From positions 125,614,001 to 125,678,000 of the forward strand of contig NW_024704742.1 in NCBI RefSeq assembly GCF_018977255.1: 64,000 nt of DNA, written 5' to 3'. A program made the position numbers and the translations under genes. This DNA is from Callorhinchus milii. Lineage: Eukaryota. Numbering within the stretch: the stretch's first letter is position 1; every line of letters starts with the position of its first letter. A model generated the notes under the pieces. That model did no database searches and was not told where the DNA came from. It saw only the letters and a program-made list of their open reading frames with translations. This document shows positions 24,501-38,852 of the stretch, piece after piece.

Positions 24501-27500
24501 ACAAAACCTGAATGCCTTCATGGTTAGGACATTGGTGATGCATGCACATACCCTGTGTAGTAAGGTGCTTTGACAACCTTTCTGGCAGACATTGTGCAAC
24601 AATAATTAAAACTTTAATCTATATGTTGGTTAAATATTTATGCTGGTTAAGATAAGGGATCCAACTGCTGGTTAATGAAACAGCTTTTCCACCCAACGTG
24701 GGACCTGCTGGAACAGGTAGTACATGGCCCAGATGCAAAGTAAACATCAACTCATTCTGGATAAATGCTGCGTCTAAACCACAAAATTCAGAGGAACACT
24801 CCCTCCTCCGCCTAATGTGAATTTTTCTTTTTCCCACAATAAACAAGATTATGCTTAACAATAATAATCCTTGCATTTGATATAGCTCCGTAGCACATCA
24901 TTGAAATGTCTCAAAGCGATTCACAGAACATATTCGTAAAGTGAATTAACTGTGTATTTTGTGGGCGAAATGTGGCAATTGTGCACAGCAGTGCCCCATA
25001 AACAGTCGTGGATTAAGTGACCGCATTATTATTATGTTTTGAAGGCTAATGTACAGCAGCTGATCCCCTCTAAACACACACACACAAAGAAAAAATATAC
25101 ACAAACACAGATATATGCACACACACACATTGATCTCACAATGCCTGAGGAATGCCTTAGCAGTGATATCTGTAATTCAGCATCAGTTTGAGGCATATTC
25201 TATGCAATAGATAAGCACCAACAATGAATTAAGATTGAACTTCATTGTTAGTGAAATGATCAACCTTAGTGCATTTTTTTTTAATCAAACTCACTTTGTA
25301 AGAACCTAACTCCAGAGTTCCCCTTCACTTGATGTCAATCGTAAATATAATTGGCTTTCACTAAGTTTCCAAATCCAGGTACAAGAAACAGGAAGGTTCT
25401 AGCATGGACCTCTGCATATCATTCTCAATAATTCTCTCTATTTAACCTAATTCTACCAATGACTACTACCTGTTATTTCCCTTTGGCCAATTATTAACTT
25501 ATGTCTCTATCTTACCCTTGGTACTCAGTGACAACACTTTGTAAAGAAGTCCCTTATATGCTACTTTGACAAAGGCCTTTGGAGCAACTACATCATATGG
25601 CTTCCCCCTGTCAAATTAGGTGTCACAACCTCAAAAATGACTTATGAGAGATTGTCTTGACAAGATCAATCCATCCTTAATCCATGCTGCCTATCATTTG
25701 TTGGGTTATTCCCATACAGATAATTTTCCATTCCTTTTTCAATTATTTAGGTCAAGCGAAATGGTCCTTTAGCCATGCATGATCAGACAACTTTCTTCAA
25801 TAGTTTCATGAATTCAGTGTACGTTTCTGGGTGATTTTGATAGAAGGCAGGGGAATAAAAGGAAGATCCAGTAAAAAGCCAGAAAGCAAAAACACAGCTA
25901 AAAAAGAGCCTTTGCAAGGCTTTGGAATTGCAATTTAGTTGACATTATTTTCACAAATGGAAGCAAAACAAGTGATTTTATTCACAGATCAGAAGTCAAA
26001 ACTAGCCTTCCAACCTGCAAATCCACATGTTTAACCCAAATTGAGATGCTGAGCTATCTGTTTGAATACACATGAAGTATTTTTTGCAAGACAAGGGTTT
26101 AGTGGCATACAAACTTGGCCACTCTATCCTCACAGCAGTAATTGGCATTGACAAGAGCAGGTCAACAGACCTCATCTCTGATGATCAGATAGGAGTCTTT
26201 GGCACTTGCAGTGAGGGCAGGGATCAGAGCCGAGAATGTGCGAGAGAATCACTACTAAACAGGACTACATTTACTGTATTTACTTCAAGCAAAGCATATA
26301 AATTGCACAAGACATTCAACATTCAGAACACCGCTACTGTGGAATAATATTTCACAGTTTGACACCCAATAATTAATAAGATGCAGCAACAATTTCTAGG
26401 TCCTCTTTTTTAAGCAGAATCAACATGCTTTGCCAGCAGCTCTGTAAAAGACATGCAAGCGGTTCTAATTGAATGAGACATGTTGGCTGGTGCAGCATCA
26501 CTGGCCCATCATGAAGCGACTGTACAAGATCTATAGGACATTATTGCATGGCAAAAGCACTCCACGCTGTCCCTTACCAAACCAATCTTAATTATAGTTT
26601 GCATTTAAAGATGACACTTGGGTGCAGCACGTTGAAATATGTAATATGTCAATAAGGAATTCCCAGATATGTCAAAGGTACCCCTCCCTTCCTCCAAACA
26701 CCACTCGCAGTGCAAGCTCTCTGAGACACTGTCTGGCGTGAAGGGCGCTATATAACTGCAAATTATTGTTGTTGTGGCTAGAAAAATACTTGACAAATGC
26801 AGAAATCCATCACGATGCTTAAAGATTTTTCAGACCAGGCTGAGTGCAAATTTCTTGTGTCTGGAATTGAATGTACACTCTCTCCCCGAAGGGACACACC
26901 CTGCCTACCTAATACAGTGTCAGGTGTAGTCTACCAAGACCCAAGCTTGAGGGCAGGGTGGCACCTCCAACACTTTTGGTATATTCCAAATCAACACTTT
27001 ACAAATTTCTAATTTTAACCTGCAAGTTAAGACAAGTTAACTTGATTATGACTATAAGACACTGTTTCTGATGATGACTTGCAGGTATGTAGAATCCACT
27101 AACAGTTAAGGTGTGAATTCGGATGGAGAATTTTAAGGTTGGGTTTCTCTGAAGTGCTTGCTAACAGTGCTGATCAATGGGATTCCCCTAGATTGTTAAT
27201 AAGTGAAACTCTTGTGCCAGTACAGTACTGATTTACAAAATGATTGTCGGCTTCCGTTCAGCACTGTATCGTTCAGTCAATGGATCTGCTGGCTGAACTC
27301 TGCTCAACAGCTTTGAGGGGATTTTCCAGGATGAAACCGTTGGCCTTCATAAGACTGCAGGGAACAACTGCATTAGCTTGGCTTAATTAGTAGCACTCTC
27401 ATTGCTGGGTCAGAAGATTATGGGATCAAGCCCTACATCAGGATGTGACTGGCCTGCTTCATATCCTCACAAAATATTCCCCCCACCTTGGGTGAGCTTT

Positions 27501-28459
27501 TAGCCATTCTGCCTCTGCTGTCTGAGTCCCTCCAACTCGCTCTTTCCCCCAAGTTCAAGGCCTGAACTCCATCCCGCAGTCCCTCCATCTGCCACCTTCA
27601 AGACCCACCTCAAGACCCTCCTTTTCGAGAGTGCTTTTGATCTCCCTGCTTCCTCCCATGCCCTCTACACTCCTCCACCCTGACCCCCAGCTCGGATCCA
27701 TAACTGTGTCTTTCCACCGCCTTGGAATGTCTTCCTGTCATGAAAGGGACTTCACAAATGTAATTTTATTGTTGCTGTTGTTGATATAATAGCAAGCAAG
27801 GGGTGCCTCAAACTGGAGCCTTCGCTAAAGAATACACCATAGTACTCTTCACACATTGCTGAGGAGGAAGTGGAGAGAAAGTGCTAATGGCGAACCTATA
27901 GAGATTACTCCATAACGATTACTATTCCACTTAGATGATTTACATACAAATAGTTCCTGAAAGCACAAACCAGCATCAAAATGATATTGTAACCAATTAA
28001 AATGGCATTGTTTATTCTATGAAACCATAGACCAAAACTCTTTCACTGTTCAATGACTGTAGAACCGCAATTGCTCTTTTGTGGTTTTTATTTCTGAAGT
28101 TCACGTTTTATTTCCTCTATCAAACCCTAATTTAAAAAAAATTAAAAGGTACATGGGTTTCAACATGCTGGATAATCCAACAGTTGAATGAGATGAAAGC
28201 CAGAGCTGGTTTTGTAACTAAAGTTGTCGGGACTTTGAGCTCACAGTCTAGGCTGACATTCCAATAGAGTTGGGGAACCCTGCATTGTCATAGGGTCATC
28301 CTTCAGATGAAACATTAAAAAATGCCATAGGATCATTAATATGTCTATCTGTTCAGTTGGATTTTATTGATCCTATGGCATTTTTCGAAAACAACAACAA
28401 ATTACACTTGCATAGCACCCTTCACGCTGTTGGCTGGGAGAAATGGTTTCTCCCTGGCC

Positions 28460-28690
28460 AACAACAACAACAAAATTACATTTGGATAGCGCCTTTCACG
28501 TCGGGAGGACATCCCAAGGCGCTGGACAGACAGAGTTACGGACCTGAGCTGGGGGTCGGGATGGGGGAGGTCAGATGGGGAAGCAAGGAGATCGAAAGCA
28601 CAGTCGAAGGGGAGGGTCTTGATGTGGGTCTTGAAGGTAGCGAGGGAGGGAACGAGATGGAGGGACTGCGAGATGGAGTTCCAGAGGGTC
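28460..28690 (-). mobile_element. Short L2 3'-end insertion (similar ones at about 27560-27783 +, 44388-44665 -, 46068-46379 -, 59265-59460 -)
   Basis: (CAA)n followed by ttacattt..atagcgcctttcacgtcgggaggacatcccaaggcgctgg, the same tail as the long L2 copies. Confidence 0.85.
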
Positions 28691-29114
28691 ACTATGCTCC
28701 AGGTATACAAATACACAAACAGTACAATTTACAGCGAATCTCGTGAAGCGCTTTCAGACATTTAGGCAATCGGATAATAACAAACAACAAATTACATTTG
28801 ATAAGGTGCTATTTCAAAGATGGAAAGTTCAAATGCAAAGATTATTATTATATTTTATTAGGTGAAAGAATGCTGATAAGAATACCACTTCTTTCTGTGC
28901 TGTAATGCAATGCTGGTGAACAACAACAACAACAACAACAAATTGCACTTATGTAGCTCCTTTCATGCTGGGAGGATGTTGGAAGGCACTCGACAGTCAA
29001 AGGTTTATTTCGAGATGGGGGATGGATTCAAGAGGGGTGGAAATATTTATTGAAACCAAAAGAGAACACACCGACATGCAAATGCCACTGTCAACTGAAA
29101 GGTCTCACATACGT

Positions 29115-29363
29115 GGCAGGGCGAAACCTTGGGCAAGTTTCCTTGCTCCACACGCCTAACAATAATCCCTCCAAAAAAACAAAAAAGAATAAATTGTTTA
29201 TTTTCAATCCATGACTGTTTGTGGGACACTGCTGTGCGCAATTGGCTGCCGCATTCCCCCACAAATATACAGTCAATTCACTCTACAGTATATTCTGTGA
29301 AGCGCTTTGGGACGTCTAAAGACGTGAAAAGCGCTATATCAAATGCAGGGATTATTATTATTA
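29115..29363 (+). mobile_element. 5'-truncated tRNA-derived SINE
   Basis: Starts after the B box; core and (ATT)n tail are intact. Confidence 0.88.
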
Positions 29364-29953
29364 CGTCTAAAGGAAGCAGCAACATCTGCTCATCTTGCAG
29401 TAAGGGGTCATAGACTATTTCAACATAGGTTTCAACTAGCGCAGAGTTTGGGAGCTTTGATGCTTTAGAGCAAATTTAGCATCTGACATTAAGTGATAAA
29501 AAAATCCCAACATTAAAGCTAATGGAAGCACAATTTACGAGTACATTACACTGATGTACAAAGATCCTGTTATTCTTCATCTTTATTTCTAATGTACACT
29601 AATGCAGTTCATTTACTTTGTTGGAGTCAGCAACAACAACAAAATTACATTTAGATAGCGCCTTTCACGGTGGGATGGTCGTCCCAAGGCACTGAAGTTA
29701 GCACTTGTGGAAAATCGGGTGAAGAGGAAAGCTAACGACATAAGTACAACACATGCTCTTTCTTAGAACAAAGGTTGGTGCAAACTGCCCTGTCCTCTGC
29801 AGACAGGGCTTTTACACCAGATCCCAGCTGGTATTACATCAGCAAACACGCCACTCCTTCACTTCACTTCAGTTGAAAGTTAGCTTATGTCCAATGCGAA
29901 GATCACAAGAAAAGTTCGGATGAACAAGGCATTTGATCTCATCTTTCCAGAAT

Positions 29954-30321
29954 ATAATAATAATAATCCTTACATTTGATATAGCGCCTTATCATGTCTT
30001 CTAGATGTCTCAAAGTGCTTCACGGAATATACTGTAAAGTGAATTGACTGTAAATATTGTGGACGAAACACAGCAGCCAATTGCGCACAGCAATGTCCCA
30101 CAAACAGGCGTGGATTGAGTGACCAATTTATTATTTTTTTGAAGCATTATTATCCCCAGAAAAGCGATCCGCCAATCGACTAACAATTGATTAACTTACT
30201 GCTAGGTAAACAGAGGCTTATAGAGTAAGGAAATTTGCCTAACGTTTCACCCGGCCAGGAACTGAACCCAGGTCTCTCACTTGTGAGGCGAGTGCTCTTA
30301 CTACTGAGCTACAGGACTCCA
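29954..30321 (-). mobile_element. tRNA-derived SINE, long subfamily
   Basis: Reverse-complement match to 13383-13752. Confidence 0.9.
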
Positions 30322-30772
30322 TAATAACAGCATCAAGCTATTTATTAAATCATGTTGTGTAGATGTCCCAAAGCACTTCATAGAAAATATTGTAAAGTGA
30401 ATTTATTGTATATTTTATGGGTGAAACGCAGCAGCCAATTGCCCCAGAAGTGTCCCACACAGTCGTGGATTCAATGACCAAATTTTTGATATGTGATATT
30501 TGCGGGTTAAGTCAAGGTGTCCTCACCAACGATCCTCCAGATAAATTGTTATATGTTTCATGGCGGCTTGTCAATTGCCAAAAGTGGATTTTTTGGTAAA
30601 AGTCAATCAGTGAAAAATGAGTTGCTCCAAAATAAATGAATTCACTCAGCTTTATTTTCTGCTTCTGGGGCAATCCACACCTTAGACCAATTAGGGATGA
30701 AGTGAAGTTTGGTAAAATTGGGTATGGAGAGGGCAGATTTGATAGGCTGTTTGGCAGATAATTTGCCCAATA

Positions 30773-31101
30773 GAGTCCTGTAGCCCAGTGGTTAGAGCAC
30801 TCGCCTCGCAAGCGAAAGACCTCGGTTCGATTCCAGGCAGGGTAAACATTGGGCAAGCCTCTTTACTCCACACACCTCTGGATCACTTTTCTGGGGGTAA
30901 TAATTCCTTCCACAAAAATAGTAATAATAATAAATTGGTCACTCAATCCATGACTGTTTGTGGGACATTGCTGTGCGCAATTGGCTGCCGGATTCAACCA
31001 CAAAATATACAGTCAATTCACTTTACAGTATACTCTTGAAGTGCTTTGAGACATTTTGAAGATGTGATAAGGTGCTATATCAAATGCAAGGATTATTATT
31101 A
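30773..31101 (+). mobile_element. tRNA-derived SINE, partially deleted long form
   Basis: Head, core and tail homology. Confidence 0.9.
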
Positions 31102-34100
31102 TAATGGCAATTCGGATGCACCAAGACAGCAGAAAAAGAGGACACAGGCTCAGGATTACAAAAGGCAATTTTAGGACAGATACCAGGAAGTATTGCTTTA
31201 CCCAGAAGTTAATTAACAACGAACAGGTTGCCAGCAACCGTGGTTGAAGCCACAACGTTGAACTCATTCAAAAGACAGTTTGATTCGATTATGGGGAAGA
31301 TTGGTAGTGGTGGAAGGAAGGGATCAAATAGGCTGAAGGATGGTTTTGATCCAAATCCATTTTGTAATCTTGTGTGAGCCTGTGATGCGTACTCATTGCA
31401 TCCTATTTGACTGACACTTAAATGTGTGCTCACAGGTGACCTCTGAACCTTGCAATAGTGCTCAGTTGATTTTTGAATCCTGCAACAGTGCTCAAAGGAC
31501 CTTACAGCGTGTTATATGTGTGTAATATACTTCAGGATGCTTTCTTGGCAGCCAAGTATGTTACCTAGTGCCAGAATCACTTGCATTTGCTGCTTGCGAT
31601 CAAAGGTTGAAAGGGTTGCTAAGAGTTATGCTGCTTTAAATAACCCTGTGGAGTTCTCCCCCTACTTTTAACATGAGCATAAAATCAGTAAATCAGTGGC
31701 AGATTTTTACTGATTTTCATCAAATGTACACGTTATTTTTGATTCTTTTTTTACTTCAATTTTCTTCCTTTTTGACACAAAAAATAGCCCTGAAATAACA
31801 ATCCCTCAAGTAATATTGGTCATTCACTTTGTGGCTGTTTGAGTGAAATTGCTGTGTGAAAATTATTTGTTGTGTTCATGTATAGAAACAGTTTACAGTA
31901 AATACTGTGAAGAGCTTTGAAACAGTCATCAATAACAACTTATTTATATAGTGCCCTTAATCTAGATAGTATCTCAGAGTGCTTCAAAGACATGATAAGG
32001 TGCTACATCAAATTAATGGGTTGCCATTGTTACATTATTTCTTTGTTTTCTTAGAAATGTCAAGTCCTGTGACTCACTAATAAATTAATATCACATGCTT
32101 CCATCTCAGATCTGTAGTCTGGGAACAGACTTCAATGCAGTCGGGCATGAATCTGTGATTCAATGCAGCTGGCTGGTAAGTGTGCATGCAACAACCGATC
32201 ACGACGTCATTTCCCAAGATTTAATGCAGCCGTTAAGTGCGGGAGTAATGGAGGCTAGGGGAGTGGCATTACGAGTTATGAGATGATTAATACAATTAAT
32301 CAAAGAAATCAAAGTGGTTTTGATAGGAAACTGAATGGGATTCAGATGCATGTAAGACTTAAATGATTATACGATCCATAAAGATAAGACTTATGCAAGT
32401 TTTACTGTATCACAAAATAATTCAATTCCTCTTGCATTCTGTTCACAGTAGTTGCCCAGGTGGCAACTAAAGAGTCTGTCGATCACCCTTCAATAACTCT
32501 AAGGCATGGGGTCACCATTGCTTAGCAGAATACCCTAAGCCTAAATTGAACTGTCTGAATCATGTCCTTCAACTTGCAATGTGTTTTTAAATTATTAATT
32601 ATCATTCATTATTCAGATGCATTTTTTCTGCGGTTCTCAAACTTCTGTTAAAATCTTGACTGTTAAAATACTGCAATGTTGGGAATCTTTCACATCAATT
32701 GGGTAATTGATGTTGATACCAAAAGTAAGAGCTTCAAAAAGAATTAAAATTGTGTTCCATGGTAATGTATTGCAATGTCAATTTTCAAAAAATATCATGA
32801 ATATTAGTTTAATAATCTGTGATCTGTGATCATTGGAATAGATTAATTGATAGGAATGTACTCAGAGGTAGAGGGATCATGTCTCAATGCCTTAGTAGTT
32901 TAATTGCAGTCAGACAAGTCTGCTGAGCAACCATCACTACGGCTTTCACTGACCTTGTGGTTGACTTGCAACTGAAATCCATTGAGACCAACTGAGCTGC
33001 AGCCTCACAAGCACACATGAAAAGAGGTACAAAAACATTTGGAGGGGTATATATGCAGGACACTAAATGGATATCATTGAGGTGTGTGAGCCTAGCTCAG
33101 TGGTACTGATGGTGGCATGGGGAGAGCAGGTGATGCACAGCGAACCCAAGATAGCTGAGCGGGGGAATAGGAAAAGATCAGAAAGGTACAGAGGTGAGGG
33201 TGAGGACATTGAAATTGATCTTCTTGTAGATAGAGAGCCAGTGGACATTGCGGAGTGCGGAGTTTGGAGTGAGTGAGGATGCAAGTGGTGGAGCTTTGGG
33301 TAATACCATTTGATAAGAAAAGGAAGCTTCTCCTGGTATCCTTTTCAACAATCCTCCTGATAAAACTGGGCATTCACCCTTAGCTGTTTGTAGGACCTTT
33401 TCCTCACCAAATTGGCCGCAACATTTTTCTACAAAAAGAAACTTTACAATACTTAGTGTAAAGTCCTTTGTCATGTTTTGACACATAAGGTGCTACAAAA
33501 ATGCAAGTTCTTTTTTCTAACTTTGTGTAATACACCGTGTTCTCTCCTCCATTGCAGAGCATAATACAGTATATGGGAGAAAATGATTTCCTGGTCTCTC
33601 TCTTACCTACACATATTGTGTCAACCTTCTGTGATTGTATCCAAGGACAAGAGTAGAGAGCCAACAAGTCAGCCCACTCACCCATCCTCCTGCTCCCCAT
33701 CCCATTAACCTCCATAAAATGTCAAACAGGATTTTACTGGGAATATTCAACTCTGCCATCAGCAAGTCTGAGCTGCAGATATTTTTAGAAATCTGTCTGG
33801 GCTGATCAGACTGGGGCTCAGCGAATTGTTTCAAGATTGGGTCCGAGAGAGGCCTGCCACCTTGCCAACCCTGGCTCTGTCCAATCCTTAATACTTGGAG
33901 ATTCATAATGTAGCATAAACAGGTTCACTTTTTGTGATGCATAGTATTAACCCATCTTTCTATTTCAGATGCTACTCAACCTGCCTTGCATTTCCGTCTT
34001 TTTCTACTTACATTGACAGCTTTCTTGGTATAAGATTGATTGCTAGGAAACGCACAATGGGTGAAATTTTGCTTGCCGCTAACTGCAGGGGCTTTAAAAT

Positions 34101-34255
34101 TCTCAACTATCTATGGAATATTCCTGTAAGAAGTGCAAAGTGGTCAACTTCACAATAATTAACACTAGAAGGTCCAAATTCCACATTCCCAGCATTTATT
34201 TTTACAATCAATAATGTAATAGTAATCCACACATTTTATATTAATATTTTATTTT

Positions 34256-34472
34256 AATAATAATCCCTCCAAAAAACAAAACAATAATAAATTGGTCATT
34301 TTCAATCCACGACTGTTTCTGGGACACTGCTGTGCGCAATTGGCTGCCGGGTCCACCCACAAATAATACAGTCAATTCACTTTACAGTATATTCTGTAAA
34401 GCGCTTTGGGACATCTAGAAGACGTGAAAAGCGCTATATCAAATGCAAGAATTATTATTATTATTATTATTA
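34256..34472 (+). mobile_element. 5'-truncated tRNA-derived SINE
   Basis: Core and tail homology. Confidence 0.88.
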
Positions 34473-34558
34473 TATATGAAGTAACACAGGTCTGGGCTGG
34501 TGTGTGCTGCATTTGATGATCTCAGATGGACAAAAGGTTTAGGAACTGCAACTAGCCT

Positions 34559-34688
34559 CAGTGTTCTTAGGTTAGGAAGAGAAAATACAATGAGGGCCCC
34601 TTATCTCATACAGAGACAACCCCCAGTGTTCTTAGGTTAGGAAGAGAAAATACAATGAGGGCCCTTATCTCATACAGAGACAACCCCC
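34559..34688 (+). repeat. Tandem duplication, 2 x ~65 bp
   Basis: cagtgttcttaggttaggaagagaaaatacaatgagggccc(c)ttatctcatacagagacaacccc occurs twice, differing by one indel. Confidence 0.95.
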
Positions 34689-34949
34689 ACCCCCCCTCCG
34701 CCCCCATCCCCTTTGCTGGAAGATAGGTGGATGTACATATTAGGTAAGAACAATAGCTGCACAGTTGTACTGTAGTGTAGTAACTCTGAGAACTGTTCTG
34801 CATCTTCCATACAAAGAAGTTGGGGGAAAAACTGAAGGAGAAAAATTAGCAGTTAGCAGTTGAGAATAAAAGGAGACAACACTTTGGCTGGAGAGTGTTA
34901 CAGGCCAATTGCACATTTCCAACAAGAAGATATTTAGAGAATGGCATAC

Positions 34950-34987
34950 CTGGGTAATCTTCCGACACATGGACTGAATAGGACACT
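34950..34987 (-). CDS. PARP8: PARP8 internal coding exon (38 nt), VSYSVHVSEDYP
   Basis: Minus strand reads ttttctttctcctcgacAG|a GTG TCC TAT TCA GTC CAT GTG TCG GAA GAT TAC CCA G|GTatgc. The peptide matches the recalled human PARP8 segment SVSYSVHVSEDYP, and the phase joins the next exon. Confidence 0.95.
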
Positions 34988-35294
34988 CTGTCGAGGAGAA
35001 AGAAAAAAAACGATTAGAACGAGCATAAAGCAATTTGCAAATACCACAATTAACCAGAAACATATTGGTCCTTAGTGAGCATTCGCCTACAAATATATAG
35101 TCACTACACTTTATAGTAGCAGTATCAGATATTAGCACTCATTTCAGGGTCAGAAGGTTGTGAGTTTAAGCCCCATGTCGTGACTTTGAACTCACAGTCT
35201 AGGGTGTGCTGCATTATTATAGGTGCCATCCCTCAGATGAAATGTTAAAGCAAGGTCTTGTCTCTCTGTTCAAGTGTGTATTAAAGATCACACA

Positions 35295-35632
35295 TACGTG
35301 TATGTGTTTGTGAGTGTCTGTGTAAGTGTGTATATGTGTCTCTCTCTCTGTACGTATGTGTTTCTGAGTGAGTGTGTGAGTTATGTGTGAGAGTGTCTCT
35401 CTCCTCTGTACGTGTGTCTGTTTGTGAGCATCTCTGTGTGAGGGGGTCTGTGTCTCTTTCTCCTCTGTGTCTCTGTGTTTGTGAATGTGTCTGTGTGTGT
35501 CCCTGTCTCTCTCTCTCCTAAGCCTGTGTGTGCATGTCTCTTTGTGTCTATTTGTGTGTGTGTGTGTGTCTCTCTCTCTGAGAATGCGTGTCCCTCTGTG
35601 TCTGTGAGTGTGTGTGTGTCTCTGTGTGTGAT
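35295..35632 (+). repeat. Compound (TG)n/(TC)n low-complexity microsatellite
   Basis: Seen directly in the sequence. Confidence 0.9.
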
Positions 35633-36344
35633 GCTGAGCCCTGAGAAGCAGGAGGTATTGAGCTCTTGTAGCCCTACAGTCAGAACACTGGTCCTGAGTG
35701 CATGTTTTCGGGCAGATTTCCAGGCCCTTTGGGTCTACGCTGGTGTCGTTACCCCACCCCCAAATGGGCCACCCATTTTTTGTTAAAGAAAAACTATTTT
35801 TTTAAATTTGCGACAATCTAATACATGTTATTTCCTCATATTTCGTTTTTATCAATAAAGTGAAAAAATGTAGATTGCTTGTAAAATGTACTTCAACAGC
35901 CCCCGCAATTCCCTGCAAAATTTGGCCAAAAAAGTGGCCAAATTTCCCCGCAATTTCCCACAAATATTTTCTTAATTTCCCAGCAATTTTTGGCAAATAT
36001 TTCAGCACTTTTCTTTGGCCCAGCTAATAATCCATCTCAATGACCGTACCTTCAGTCACTTCTCATCTACCCCACTAACTCCTACCCCGCCCGCATTCCC
36101 ACTCCATCTCTGCAAAGCATTTCGAGATGTTCTCCCTCATGAAAGGTGTTATATAAGTGTACAATTGTGTTGTACAATTACAAGTTAAAACTGCATTTAT
36201 TAATCAAAACCAGGTTGGTATTTGATTTTGTTTAATTAAAAAAATTGTCAATATTATAACGTTTGAAAACTATCCATGAGTTGGGTGCTCACTCAGTCAT
36301 TTGCGGAAAAGAGCTGAAGGTTAAGACAACGGTAGGGACCTTAC

Positions 36345-37150
36345 ACAACAACAAGATTACATTTGTATAGCGCCTTCACTTCGGGAGGACGTACCAAGGC
36401 CCTGGACAGTCAGTGTTTGGACCCCAAGCTGGGGGCCGGGATCAGGGAGGGTGGAGGGCAGAGGGAGGAAGGAGAGTGATCAAAGGCACGGTTGAAGGGG
36501 AGGGTCTTAAAATGTGTCTTAAAGGAGGCAAGGGAGGGGGCGAGGCAGAGGGACTACGGTAAGGAGTTGCAGAGGATGGGGACAGAGTGGCTGAAGGCTT
36601 GCCCACCAATGGTGGGGCGGGTGAGGCGGGGGACATGGAGCCAGCCAGCGCCGGCTGAGTGGAGGGAGCGGGCAGGTTAGAGGAGGTTAGGAGGTCACGG
36701 AGGTAGGGAGGAATGAGGCCCTGGAGGGCTTTTAAGTTGAAGACCAGGATCTTGAACTGTATCCCTGTGTGATGGGAAGCCAGTGTAGTCAGGCAAGGAT
36801 GGGGGTAATGGGGTCACGGAGCCCGGTGTGGGAGAAGACATGGGCTGCAGAGTTCTGGATGATCTGCAGCCTATGGAGGGAGGAGTTGGGGAGGCCGACA
36901 AGCAGGGAGTTTGCATAGTCAAGCCTTGATGTAATGAATGCACGTATGAGGGTTTCAGCGGCTTGCGGTGTTAGACAGTGGTGGAGCCGGGCGATGTTGC
37001 AGAGGTGGAGGAAGGCAGAGCGGGTCATGGCATGGATGTGGGGTAGAAAGGATAGTTGAGGGTCAAACAAGACGCCGAACGTCCGGACTAGCTTAGTAAG
37101 GTGAAGTGTGCATCCTCGGATGGTGATGCTGTCAGCGCCTGAGGTGTGGA
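36345..37150 (-). mobile_element. L2 LINE 3' fragment
   Basis: Peptide FDPQLSFLPHI...SRLDYANSLLVGLP; L2 tail at 36345-36405. Confidence 0.92.
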
Positions 37151-38852
37151 GTTAACCATTAGCCACCACCAGGCTTTAAGCTCTGTGAGACTATCATTCA
37201 GGAGACAGAAGAGGTTCAAATCAGTTTACTCCTGGAATTTATAAGTGTCTCTAAAAAGCTCACTTATCATAAGCTGTCCAGTTTCATAGGAAGCAGAAAT
37301 GCCGTCCTGTTAAGGTAATGAGGAAGACAATTTGTTTCTTTGGAGGAGACATGAATTGATTCTTTAAAAACGTTAGAAGAGACTTACATGGATGAACAAG
37401 CATCACAAAAAACTCACATTTGCTATCCCTGGATAGACCCTGCTGTGATCAATTAGCTGCAAACATCTTTTTATATATTGCAAAAGAAATATCCCTTAGA
37501 GACTAGTGCAAATTTTCCTTTCATTCTGTTTCTGTCTCTACTTTTACTCAAGAGGAATGCGTCTCATAAGGCCTGTGTATTATAAACAAGAACAAAATTG
37601 TTGCAATTCAAAGCATTCTCAGGAGCCACAAGGGAAATTAGGCGTTGGCTTGGCTCAGTCTCGCCTCCAGGGCAAAGATTGTCGAGTCAAGCCTCCATTT
37701 CAGGATTTGAGCTCATGCACCCAGGCTGACACTGAGGGAGATACTGTACTTTAGGCGGTTAATTGAGGTCACGTCCACCCAATTAGGTCTACATTAAAAA
37801 CAAATAACACTAACCAATCATCCTCCAAATTAAGTAACAATGGTAATTGTTGCCTTTGATATACGCCTTATCACATCTTAGCGACATCTCAAATCAAGTC
37901 ACAGAATATACTATAAAGTGAATTGACTGTATATTTTGGGGGCGTAAATACACAGGGTACTTGCAGCAAGCACGTGTTAGCATCATTGTAATTGCAACCT
38001 CTGCTATCCAGATAACAGTAATGGGAGACTGGGAGAAATCCTGAATATGAGACAACTTTACTCATGGTACTTTTCACAGTTAGTTGTATGGTAGAGTTCA
38101 CAAAAATAAGTTATTAATGATTTTTCATGCATGTGCAAAAGTCTGAAGTCACCATGCTCCAGTGGCACAAGGCTTCATTGAAGGAGTCAGATCTCAAAGA
38201 TCTGATGTAGGATTTGCACCTACATACACCCTTCTCACTCACAGGTAGGAGTGCTACAAACCGACACTCTGACATGAAAGCAGGAAGGACAGAATGACTC
38301 ATGAGCTTTCTCTTTCAGCAGCAGCGGCCAGCCTCACAGATTGGGAAACATTTGTTACATTTCAGTAACTGCTCAAACACTGCAATAGGCAAATGATATT
38401 GCAAGAAGGGAACCATTTAGCAGAGCTATCAGCTGCTCACACCTGCCCTGCTCTTTCTGATCCAAATATGCAAAATCTCGTCCCTAAATAAAAACCAACA
38501 AGACGGCTACAAACAAAAATTTGAATAAGAAAACAGACGGTTTCTTTTTCTATCATGTGATTTCTGGGTGCATCGTCCATAACGGCTGATAGCCTCACCT
38601 GCTCGCCCACCTCCCCTTGACCTTGTGACTTGACTGGTGGCTGTGTGGTGCAGTCATTGCTCTGCCACTGTTAGGGCAAGCAGACATCTGCCGCTTTCAC
38701 AAAGGAAGGACTCATCTAAAATGACCACACCTTTCCAGCAGTCATGAGTAACCGTCTGAAAATATTTTACATTTCCAAACACAAATGTTTTTTTAAAACA
38801 GTGAGAATTGAGACTCCAGTATATAACTGTTGTGGGACACTGAGATTCCACT

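Noticed and set aside
35890..36010. Repeated ccgcaattt / gcaaaattt motifs
   Set aside because: Possibly the subterminal repeats of a DNA transposon end, but I could not identify a matching TIR pair or TSD.
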